The translations under genes were made by a program, and so were the position numbers. Under the pieces are notes generated by a model, which worked only from the letters and a program-made list of their open reading frames with translations, searched no databases and was not told the DNA's origin. A DNA stretch of 64,000 bases. It comes from a virus (taxonomy: Duplodnaviria > Caudoviricetes). Shown piece after piece: positions 40,017 to 47,646 of the stretch; the stretch's first letter is position 1; every line of letters starts with the position of its first letter. The DNA is taken from IMG/VR virus record IMGVR_UViG_3300032030_000024, positions 59,591-123,590 of that record; one strand, given 5' to 3'.

Positions 40017-41447
40017 ATGATTGACATTGACGAGATTCTTTCCAACACCAACCCTTCGGAAGTAATCACGCAGCTGAAGCGACGCACGACGCTCGCCCCC
40101 AACTGGCCGCTGCTTGTGAAAGACTACGAACCAAAACTACACAAGATTTACAAGGACACGCAGGGACGCAAGGACAAAATCCACGAGGACGGAACGCGCG
40201 ACCTTGCCGCACGTCTTGCCGTCGGGCTTGAGCAGCTGCTGACGAAGCGCATGACGGAGTTTACCTTCGCCATTCCCGTAAAGCGCACCTACACTGGCAC
40301 CGAGACAAATGAGCGGAAGGCCATCGCCAAGGCCATAGAGCGCATCTACGCCGTGGCGCACATCGACAGCGAGAACAAACGGCGCGGGCTAAACTACTTT
40401 GCAGGCTGCGAGGCGCTGACAATATGGTACACCAAGCGAGAGCGGCACAACCTTTACGGCTTCCCCTGTGACTTCAAGCTGAAATGCAAGACATTCTCCC
40501 CGATGGATGACACGAAGCTCTACCCACTGATTGACGAGTACGGGGAAATGTACGCCATGAGCTTTGAGTACCGCAAGCGGGTGAAGGACGAGTGGGTGAC
40601 GTTCTTTGAGACCTACACCAAAGACCGCCACTACGTCTGGCGCAACGGTGAAAAGGCCGAGTGGGAGGAGGTGCTTGACGGTGAGCAGTTCGACATCGGG
40701 AAGATTCCCGCCGTATATATCTACCGTCCGCGTCCCATCTGGGACGGCCTGTGCCGTCTGCGCGAGGACATAGAGTACACCATCAGCCGCAACAGCGACG
40801 TGCTTGCCTACAACTGCGCCCCCATCCTGAAGGTGGCTGGCTCCATCGTCGGTGAGGAAAACAAGGGCGAGACGCGGCGCGTCTACCGTGTCATGGAGGG
40901 CGGCGATGTAAGCTACGTGTCGTGGGCACAGAGCATTGCGGCCTTGGAATACCACATTAGGACGCTGCTGAACCTCTTCTTCATGCAGGCACAGATTCCC
41001 GACATCAGCTTCGAGAATATCCGCAACCTCGGCAATATCGGCTACGATGCAAGAAAGATGCTGTTCACCGATGCACACATGAAGGTTGGCGACGAAAGCG
41101 GTGCGTGGATAGAGTTCCTTGAGCGTGAGGGCAACGTCATCAAGGCTTTCTTGAAGAAGCTCAACCTGAATTTCCGCGAGGAGGACATCGATGCCGTGCA
41201 GATAGAGCACACCATCACGCCGTTCATTCAGGAGGATGATATGCTGAACATCAACAAGTGGAAAACTGCGGGCGGTGACGTGCCGCTCGTCAGTCCCTTG
41301 GAGGCTATCAGCAACGCTGGCCTTTCGGACAACCCCGAAAAGACCTACGCCGACATCCTTTCCTATCAGATGATGCAGGCAGCGGCAAAGAACCCGCAGC
41401 CCGAAGGAGGCGGTGGCGAGGGAAGCGGTGAAGGTGTGGCAGAATAA
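40017..41447 (+). CDS. phage portal protein (SPP1 gp6-like)
   Basis: 476 aa; GKIPAVY, LYPLIDEYG.M.A, PDISFE, ARKMLF.DA..K; size and motifs fit Bacteroidales phage portals. Confidence 0.8.
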   Translation: MIDIDEILSNTNPSEVITQLKRRTTLAPNWPLLVKDYEPKLHKIYKDTQGRKDKIHEDGTRDLAARLAVGLEQLLTKRMTEFTFAIPVKRTYTGTETNERKAIAKAIERIYAVAHIDSENKRRGLNYFAGCEALTIWYTKRERHNLYGFPCDFKLKCKTFSPMDDTKLYPLIDEYGEMYAMSFEYRKRVKDEWVTFFETYTKDRHYVWRNGEKAEWEEVLDGEQFDIGKIPAVYIYRPRPIWDGLCRLREDIEYTISRNSDVLAYNCAPILKVAGSIVGEENKGETRRVYRVMEGGDVSYVSWAQSIAALEYHIRTLLNLFFMQAQIPDISFENIRNLGNIGYDARKMLFTDAHMKVGDESGAWIEFLEREGNVIKAFLKKLNLNFREEDIDAVQIEHTITPFIQEDDMLNINKWKTAGGDVPLVSPLEAISNAGLSDNPEKTYADILSYQMMQAAAKNPQPEGGGGEGSGEGVAE

Positions 41448-41448
41448 A

Positions 41449-41479
41449 AACGGGGAGTGGCTAATGGTCGCTCCCCGTT
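41449..41479. terminator. terminator between convergent genes
   Basis: AACGGGGAGTG...CGCTCCCCGTT stem. Confidence 0.75.
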
Positions 41480-41494
41480 CCTATTACGCTTCGT

Positions 41495-41836
41495 TTATAA
41501 GCACATTTCAGACACCATTTCCATTTCTGCAAGCTCCGAACGCAGCACCTTGACCTTTGCAAGCAGCGTCCTGTATAACTGCTCATGCTTCAGCAGGTCA
41601 GCCCAGCGGGTCTCGTTCTTCGGGTCTTTGCGCTGAACAAAGGAAATGAGGTTTGCAAGGTGGCTGTCTTCCAGCCTGTAGATTGGTATGTGCTGCCCGT
41701 CCTTTGTCACCCAGTCGGGGTATTTATAGCGGTTCTTCTCATACGACCTCATCCATTCTTCGTACTCATCTATAGACCACGCCACGGGAACCTTGTGGTC
41801 GTAGAACCTGCCAATCTCTTCGTCAATGAAGCTCAT
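41495..41836 (-). CDS. hypothetical protein
   Basis: WVTKDG..I.I..L.D.HL.N.I pattern. Confidence 0.6.
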   Translation of the reverse strand: MSFIDEEIGRFYDHKVPVAWSIDEYEEWMRSYEKNRYKYPDWVTKDGQHIPIYRLEDSHLANLISFVQRKDPKNETRWADLLKHEQLYRTLLAKVKVLRSELAEMEMVSEMCL

Positions 41837-42008
41837 AGTCTTACCTTTGTAGAATACTTGCTGCCTTTCTTATGGTCTCAATCTCCGAAGGGGAATAGTT
41901 ACGACACTCGCCGTACTCTTCTTCAAAGAGGTACGACACAATCTTGCTTGACAGCTTGTTGCCTTGCGGACACCTTGCGTTTTTGGTGCTGATTCTGATG
42001 CCCATAGG

Positions 42009-42305
42009 TCATCCCTCCTTCTGTTCTTTAAGCTCCCCCAGATACTCGTTGAGTGCCTTCGCCTCACCGTCAGCCCAGATATGACCCATCCAGCCCTCGG
42101 CCTCCCTTGTGTAGCTCTCGTAGCAGTCCACTTCAATGTCCGAGTCCTCAAAGGCTTCGTCAAGTTCGTCTGACATTTCTTCGTAGATGTCATCAATGTT
42201 GTTTCTCACTATTTCAGCAGCCTCCTTGGGAGTGTCTGCCTCCACATACACCGTTGCGTACTTGGCGATTGTCACCGCCACGATACTGTTTGTTCTCTTG
42301 CTCAT
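42009..42305 (-). CDS. hypothetical acidic protein
   Basis: VYVEADTPKEA motif. Confidence 0.6.
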   Translation of the reverse strand: MSKRTNSIVAVTIAKYATVYVEADTPKEAAEIVRNNIDDIYEEMSDELDEAFEDSDIEVDCYESYTREAEGWMGHIWADGEAKALNEYLGELKEQKEG

Positions 42306-42330
42306 AGTCTTATAATTCTCTTAAATCCAA

Positions 42331-43236
42331 TTATATCATGTTCATGCGCTCCTCGTATATTCTATCCACGTCCATCTCCCACGACAGCCCCATACGCTCA
42401 AGCATGTCCTCAAGTTCTGGCAGCGTCTTCTTACCGAAATTGCGGATATTAAGCACATCCTTTCTTTTGAGCCTGCACAGGTCGCCAACGGTCTTGATAC
42501 CTTCAGCTTTCATGCAGTTCAATGCGCGGACGCTCAGTCCACAGTCCGTCAGCTGCAAGGAAAGGTTTCTGCATATCTCGTCGTGCTCCTCCATGTACTT
42601 CTTGCAGTCCTCATAGGTCTTTTTGCACCCGTCCTCGTCTGCTTTCTCGTACTTGGCAAGGCGTACTTTCTGCACGTTGATGACCTGCTTCAATACTTCG
42701 TTGTCGGCATACAGCCTTCGCATTTCGGCAAAGATCTCCTCTATCTTCGTCAGCCGCTGGCTCTTGCGGATGGCTTTCTCCACGAGCATACGGACACGGT
42801 CGCGGGTCAGACCGTATTTTTCTCCGATTGCCTCAAGGGTCATGCCGTTGAGAAAATCGGTCAGTGTCTCTGCCTCTCGGTCGTTCAGCTCTCCGTAGAG
42901 TTGCAGCATGCGTACCATTATGCGGAAGAAGTCGCTGCGTATGGCTGCACCCGTCATCAGGTTCAGGTAACGCCGCTGCATCTTCTCCTCGTAGCGCTGC
43001 TGCTCCCTCTGCCTGTACTCTTCGCAGACCTCGTCACGCAGCCTTTCGAGCCGCTGCTGTGCGGCATTGATTTCTTCTGCCGTATCTTGCAGGGCATTGA
43101 CGGTGTCTTCGTCAATATACCTTGCCCTGCCAACCGTCCTGAACTCGATGTAGCCTTTCTCCATCCAGTTACGCAGCGATTGTGCCGTCATGCCGAACCG
43201 CTGTGCCGTCTCTATTATACTTAGTAACTTGCCCAT
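42331..43236 (-). CDS. HTH + sigma70 region 4 + RNA polymerase alpha-CTD fusion regulator
   Basis: AQRFGMTAQSLRNWMEKG; GMTLEAIGEKYGLTRDRVRMLVEKAIRK; LSVRALNCMKAEGIKTVGDL...IRNFGKKTLPELEDML. Confidence 0.85.
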   Translation of the reverse strand: MGKLLSIIETAQRFGMTAQSLRNWMEKGYIEFRTVGRARYIDEDTVNALQDTAEEINAAQQRLERLRDEVCEEYRQREQQRYEEKMQRRYLNLMTGAAIRSDFFRIMVRMLQLYGELNDREAETLTDFLNGMTLEAIGEKYGLTRDRVRMLVEKAIRKSQRLTKIEEIFAEMRRLYADNEVLKQVINVQKVRLAKYEKADEDGCKKTYEDCKKYMEEHDEICRNLSLQLTDCGLSVRALNCMKAEGIKTVGDLCRLKRKDVLNIRNFGKKTLPELEDMLERMGLSWEMDVDRIYEERMNMI

Positions 43237-43385
43237 TTCTGTTGCGTCATTTTGCCCTTTGCTTTGCCCGTGTCCGCTTTTCATGCCGTCGGTGGCACAG
43301 TTGGCCGTCTACGTTGCAGAAGCCTCTCCTGCGGCCTCGGTAAGCCTGAAAGCCCAATATCCCTGTTACCGTTTTGTCTTAAATG

Positions 43386-43700
43386 TTATGCAGCCTCACC
43401 GTACTTTGAGAAGGTGATGTCAACGAAGCCGAAGTCATCGCAGTAGAAGGTCGTGCCGTCGATGATGACTATGTCGCTCACCGAAAGGCTGTGACCTTTG
43501 TAGCCTTCGGGCTTGCGCCCTTGCAGCTTCATATACACGTCCTCTGCATCCTCTATATCAAGACTACCCGACCAGACGAGGCTGTACTCTTCAAGGCTTA
43601 TCTCCAGCCCCATGTCTTTCAAGAGGTCTATCGGTGCGAACATTTTGTAGCGTGTGCTGGTGTTCTGCTCGTTCAGCTGCAGTACTGTTACCTGCTTCAT
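43386..43700 (-). CDS. YodL-like protein
   Basis: PEGYKGHSLSVSDIV......YCDDFGF. Confidence 0.8.
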   Translation of the reverse strand: MKQVTVLQLNEQNTSTRYKMFAPIDLLKDMGLEISLEEYSLVWSGSLDIEDAEDVYMKLQGRKPEGYKGHSLSVSDIVIIDGTTFYCDDFGFVDITFSKYGEAA

Positions 43701-43762
43701 ACTCTTGGTGGCCTGTTGTGCGCCCGGCCTTGGTGTCTAAGGGGGTTTCGTTTTCGTTGATG

Positions 43763-43843
43763 CAAAGGTACGAAAAATGTTTTTAACGTGCAAATTACTT
43801 AGCTTTAGTTAGCTACTGGCGGGCGACTTTAGCTTTGGTTAGC
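43763..43843 (-). promoter_or_regulatory. promoter (-7 TACCTTTG) with two TTAGCTTT(A/G)GTTAGC boxes
   Basis: caaaggta 43763-43770; boxes at 43799-43813 and 43828-43843. Confidence 0.7.
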
Positions 43844-43847
43844 TTCG

Positions 43848-44693
43848 TCAGCCGAACAAGTCCATCTGTATCGCCGACACGTTGCGCTTCTTTGGCGGGG
43901 CAGGGGTGTAATCCTTTTCATATACCCATTTATATCCCCTTGCGTGCTTTATCTTTCCGTTACAGCAACTTATAATCATAGGACGCGGAGCTTTAATACT
44001 TTCAGCTGCATATTTAGATGACGGATATGTTGCTATATAGTTTCCATCCATATCCAGCTGCACAACGTTATAAGCCTTTTCTGTAAACTTGGCACTACGG
44101 GACGCAGCTGAGTCAGCTATCTTCTTCTTTATCCTTTCCTTTGCTACTGCATAAAGAGCATCGTCTTTATACCTCCAAAAGAAACCATAAGCCTTCCTTC
44201 TATTACCAATACAACAGTCACATATATGCCCTGCATCTGCATTTATCGCTTCTGCTGCTATGTGCATAGAGGCGTATTCCGCTATAAACTCCCCGTTGAG
44301 CGTAAATTGCAATACGGCCATATTCTGCTTCTCTTTTATCCTTTGGATTCTTGTCCCGTAATTGCAGTTGTATTTATGTGTACACCATTCAAGATTCTCT
44401 ACACAATTATTCATAGGGTTCTCGTCTAAGTGATTTATTTCCTCTCCATCTTGTGGTGGACGTATAAATGCTGTTGCAACCAAACGTGCAGGAATATATC
44501 TCCTCGCTTTACCATTCTTGCTTAATTCCACTACAATGCGGTCATTGCTTTGCCTATGGTCTATTCTTTGTTTCACCATCTTTCCACCAAACATCTGACC
44601 GTGAACCATTCTTGGTATTGACCAAATATTACCTTTGTTACTTATTTTATATATTCCCTCGTAACCTTCAATATCTTTCCAAATTTCTTCCAT
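43848..44693 (-). mobile_element. NUMOD4-HNH-NUMOD1 homing endonuclease
   Basis: EIWKDIEGYEGIYKISNKG; INHLDENPMNNCVENLEWCTHKYN; two VxQ..L.G.....Y.S..A repeats; AT-rich. Confidence 0.9.
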
Positions 44694-44694
44694 A

Positions 44695-45303
44695 TCAAAA
44701 TAAACTTAGTTGTAGTGTTTGCTGGATTGGTTTCTTGTTTGTAGGTGTAATAAAGATATTTTTGAAAATGTAATACAAGGGCGAAATTGTGATGCTGTTG
44801 CCTGCAAGACGGTACTGCGCACTTTTGGAAATACCACAGTTCTCTATCGTATCGATATCCTTTTCAGAAACTCCTTGAAGTCTGAAAACCTCTCTTGTTG
44901 TAAGCTTACGAATCCTCATGCTTAAAGGACAGATGTCCGCAAGAAAGCGCAGCAGCTCCCCGCGTGACCACGATCCCCTGTTTTCCACGGTGAAGAGAAC
45001 ACCCGTAACAATACCGTAGGCTGCACCGCTCTTGATGCCCCACGACCGTATGATGTCCGCGAGCTGCCGCCGTGCCTCCGGGGAGAACTCAGCTTCCGTG
45101 GTGTCGGTGAAAGCCTCCTGTACACCGTCTGGCATTGCCGTGCCACGGGGATACACGAACCTCGGACAGTCCAGCCGGAGGGCTATGGGGAACGCCACTT
45201 TGAACAGCTTCAGTGCCTCGTTGTCAACTTTGTCCTGTCCGTACTTCCTTCTCAGCGCACGGTAGACGATGCGCACCTGTCTGTGAAAATCATTCTGTCT
45301 CAT
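44695..45303 (-). CDS. C5-cytosine DNA methyltransferase, C-terminal subunit (motifs IX-X) with extra N-terminal domain
   Basis: RIRKLTTREVFRLQG (IX), QYRLAGNSI (X), QLSLF end. Confidence 0.85.
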   Translation of the reverse strand: MRQNDFHRQVRIVYRALRRKYGQDKVDNEALKLFKVAFPIALRLDCPRFVYPRGTAMPDGVQEAFTDTTEAEFSPEARRQLADIIRSWGIKSGAAYGIVTGVLFTVENRGSWSRGELLRFLADICPLSMRIRKLTTREVFRLQGVSEKDIDTIENCGISKSAQYRLAGNSITISPLYYIFKNIFITPTNKKPIQQTLQLSLF

Positions 45304-45308
45304 GCTAT

Positions 45309-45494
45309 TTATTCCGTTTCAAAAGTCAAAAATACCTTTATATGTCCTGCGGTCGTTACGGTCGGGCTTTCGTTCCTTGGATTGGTTATCTGCCACTCTG
45401 CAACACCGCGCTTATCAAATGTGTCGCCCTGAAAGCATCTGATGTCACCGTTGGGCATCCGCTTGAACCGTATGTTGTCGCTCCTTCTGCTCAT
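45309..45494 (-). CDS. TRD-like mini-protein 7 (61 aa)
   Basis: MSRRSDNIRF...NESPTVTTAGHIKVFLTFETE. Confidence 0.7.
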   Translation of the reverse strand: MSRRSDNIRFKRMPNGDIRCFQGDTFDKRGVAEWQITNPRNESPTVTTAGHIKVFLTFETE

Positions 45495-45685
45495 TCCGTA
45501 AAATATATCTCCGCTATCATACAATCTTTTGTTGCGAATGTTGTAATAGTCTGCGCTATCCTTCCAAGCAGTACGCCGTACTTGCCCTTGGAGAACGTAG
45601 CCCCGTGGTCGCCGTGCCTGTGCCTGCGCCGCTTCTCTTCCTGCGTCCTGTCACGCCCTACTGCCCTTGCGTCATGCGGTTTCAT
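45491..45685 (-). CDS. TRD-like mini-protein 6 (64 aa)
   Basis: MKPHDAR...IAQTITTFATKDCMIAEIYFTE. Confidence 0.7.
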   Translation of the reverse strand: MKPHDARAVGRDRTQEEKRRRHRHGDHGATFSKGKYGVLLGRIAQTITTFATKDCMIAEIYFTE

Positions 45686-45827
45686 AGGTCATCATCACTT
45701 TAGGTTCGACACCGCTGTGTGCTCCGCATCCGAGGCACGGGCAAACGCCACTTACATTCAGCACCGTTCCGTTCTGACGGCTGGCATACACATAGCCTTC
45801 CACGAGTATCTTGTCATTCTGTCTCAT
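45672..45827 (-). CDS. TRD-like mini-protein 5 (51 aa, below ORF-track cutoff)
   Basis: MRQNDKILVEGYVYASRQNGTVLNVSGVCPCLGCGAHSGVEPKVMMTYETA. Confidence 0.7.
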   Translation of the reverse strand: MRQNDKILVEGYVYASRQNGTVLNVSGVCPCLGCGAHSGVEPKVMMTYETA

Positions 45828-45975
45828 ACACCACCATCGCCCCCGTTGCGCCCCAGTCGTTCTGATGCAGGTAGTTCGCCACGGACATTTTATACATATT
45901 TGCCTTGATGGTTCTGCACGTCCCGTCCGCTTCGGGGTTACACCCGCGTTTCCAGCTATTCCTACTCTGTCTCAT
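45814..45975 (-). CDS. TRD-like mini-protein 4 (53 aa)
   Basis: MRQSRNSWKRGCNPEADGTCRTIKANMYKMSVANYLHQNDWGATGAMVVYETE. Confidence 0.7.
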   Translation of the reverse strand: MRQSRNSWKRGCNPEADGTCRTIKANMYKMSVANYLHQNDWGATGAMVVYETE

Positions 45976-46135
45976 ATACAATCGCACAACACATTTTTGG
46001 AAAATGGGCAACCGTCAGCATATTCGCCACTCCGATAAGTCCTCCGTAGCTTGCCGTGATGGTCGGTGCAACGCCATCGGCTGTTGTGGGCAGTCCACGC
46101 TTCCGATATGGGGGTGGGAGTTTATTCGGTCTCAT
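45962..46135 (-). CDS. TRD-like mini-protein 3 (57 aa, below ORF-track cutoff)
   Basis: MRPNKLPPPYRKRGLPTTADGVAPTITASYGGLIGVANMLTVAHFPKMCCAIVYETE. Confidence 0.7.
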   Translation of the reverse strand: MRPNKLPPPYRKRGLPTTADGVAPTITASYGGLIGVANMLTVAHFPKMCCAIVYETE

Positions 46136-46271
46136 ATATAGTCATTACGCTTGTGGCGGCACTCGGAGTATCGCCTTGCAGGTCGTAGAATCCCCATCCG
46201 CTGCGCTCGTAGCTGCACTTGATAGTCCTCGCACAGCCGTTTGGCGCGTTAAAAGCCTCACTCCGTCTCAT
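46122..46271 (-). CDS. TRD-like mini-protein 2 (49 aa)
   Basis: MRRSEAFNAPNGCARTIKCSYERSGWGFYDLQGDTPSAATSVMTIYETE. Confidence 0.7.
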   Translation of the reverse strand: MRRSEAFNAPNGCARTIKCSYERSGWGFYDLQGDTPSAATSVMTIYETE

Positions 46272-46416
46272 ATATGAGCAAGCATTTGGGGCAGTTTCCG
46301 TGCCCTGCGGTATGGCAGGGAGAGACACCGTTAACATACACAACCACGCCGTCCTGACTACTGCTGATACTGCCAGCATAGAGCACATTGTCGCTAATCC
46401 TCCCATTCATCATCAT
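46258..46416 (-). CDS. TRD-like mini-protein 1 (52 aa)
   Basis: MMMNGRISDNVLYAGSISSSQDGVVVYVNGVSPCHTAGHGNCPKCLLIYETE. Confidence 0.7.
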   Translation of the reverse strand: MMMNGRISDNVLYAGSISSSQDGVVVYVNGVSPCHTAGHGNCPKCLLIYETE

Positions 46417-47155
46417 CCCATAAAGAGCCTTGCATGGCATCGGCAGAATCCTTGTTCCCGTCCTCCTCCATGCTCTTTTCAGCAAACCGACTAAGCATGG
46501 TATCACTTAAAAAATAACTCTCATCAACATCGTCTTCCAGCACATCGGCAAGGCATTTCTCCAACTTGAACGGAAGCGGGAACTCGTAGCCTTGGTCAAC
46601 ATCACGTCTGATGCTCACAACAAAGACCCGATCACGGTGCTGCGGCACTCCATACTGGGATGAATCGAGCACCTGCCAGTAGTTGTCGTAGCCGTAGCTT
46701 TCCAATATACGTAACCACTCCTGGAAGTCCTTGTAGAATTTCTGCTGGGTCAAAGCCTTTACATTCTCTAAAAGCAAGTACGATGGCCGCTTCTCTGCTA
46801 TGGCCTTCTCACATTCCCATAACAATGAGCTGCGAGTCCCAGAGCCGCGTTTCAGACCAGCCTGTACGCCCGCCGCCGAAATATCAGTACAAGGAAAGGA
46901 ATATGTGAACACGTCAAAGTCGGGCACCTCGCTCCATGATATTTTGCTTATATCTCCAAACTGCTTGTCTTTCGCATTGGGAAAGAGGGCATCGTGAGCT
47001 GTGTTTGCAGCATCGTCTATCTCACTCCAGCCGACCAGTTCGTAATCGAAATCGGGAAAGTTTTCTCGCAGCCTGTTCATCGAGAGGCACTGACTGTCAT
47101 ACCCAGAGAATGCGGTAAAGACTTTAAGCGGATTGTCCTTGTTGTATTCCATCAT
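46394..47155 (-). CDS. C5-cytosine DNA methyltransferase, N-terminal catalytic subunit (motifs I-VIII)
   Basis: FTAFSGYDSQ (I, variant), WSEID, SFPCTD (IV, catalytic PC), LENVK (VI), YGVPQHRDRVF (VIII), L.DVLE.DVDE.Y.LS. Confidence 0.92.
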   Translation of the reverse strand: MMEYNKDNPLKVFTAFSGYDSQCLSMNRLRENFPDFDYELVGWSEIDDAANTAHDALFPNAKDKQFGDISKISWSEVPDFDVFTYSFPCTDISAAGVQAGLKRGSGTRSSLLWECEKAIAEKRPSYLLLENVKALTQQKFYKDFQEWLRILESYGYDNYWQVLDSSQYGVPQHRDRVFVVSIRRDVDQGYEFPLPFKLEKCLADVLEDDVDESYFLSDTMLSRFAEKSMEEDGNKDSADAMQGSLWDDDEWED

Positions 47156-47157
47156 CG

Positions 47158-47478
47158 TTACTCCCCTGACTTCTCCTCAAACTCCTTCACCAACCTGTCG
47201 TAGCTTTCCCGTGCCTTCTTCTCGGCAAAGTCGAGGTTGGTGTCATAGGTGATGGAGCGCAGTCCGCTCTCGTTGCCGTCCTCGCTGCGCCTTCCGTGGA
47301 TGTTCACCGTGACGGAGGCGGTGTAGATGGGCTTGCCTTCCGCGTCCTTGTTCTCATTCGACTTCAGCCAGTCAAAAACCTCAAGTGCATCCTCGCACTT
47401 GGCGATACGGTCGAGCAGACCCTTGTTCCCCTCGTCCTTACCAAACTTCCTTGCTCTTTTAAATTCCTGATATTTCAT
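47158..47478 (-). CDS. hypothetical protein
   Basis: 106-aa ORF coupled to the MTase gene. Confidence 0.6.
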   Translation of the reverse strand: MKYQEFKRARKFGKDEGNKGLLDRIAKCEDALEVFDWLKSNENKDAEGKPIYTASVTVNIHGRRSEDGNESGLRSITYDTNLDFAEKKARESYDRLVKEFEEKSGE

Positions 47479-47646
47479 ACTGTTATAATTGTTTCTATTT
47501 GTTGTTTAATTCCGTTCCAATCCCTTCGCTGTGTCAGGCATGCGCTCTTTATCATGGCATGCAGCGAACGGAGGTCGTTCTCGTCCATATAGTTCAGACA
47601 GAACGCTTTATTCTCCAAATTCAGCAAATGTTGTATGACCATCGTT

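Noticed and set aside
45309-46416. Stop-codon reassignment (TAG/TGA recoding) as the cause of MTase fragmentation
   Set aside because: Modules end in TGA, TAA and TAG, successive modules change frame, and long genes elsewhere are intact under code 11.
45309-46416. CRISPR array or invertible shufflon
   Set aside because: The repeats are only ~14 nt and degenerate, the spacers are 140-190 nt coding sequences, all are in direct orientation, and there is no adjacent cas gene or invertase.
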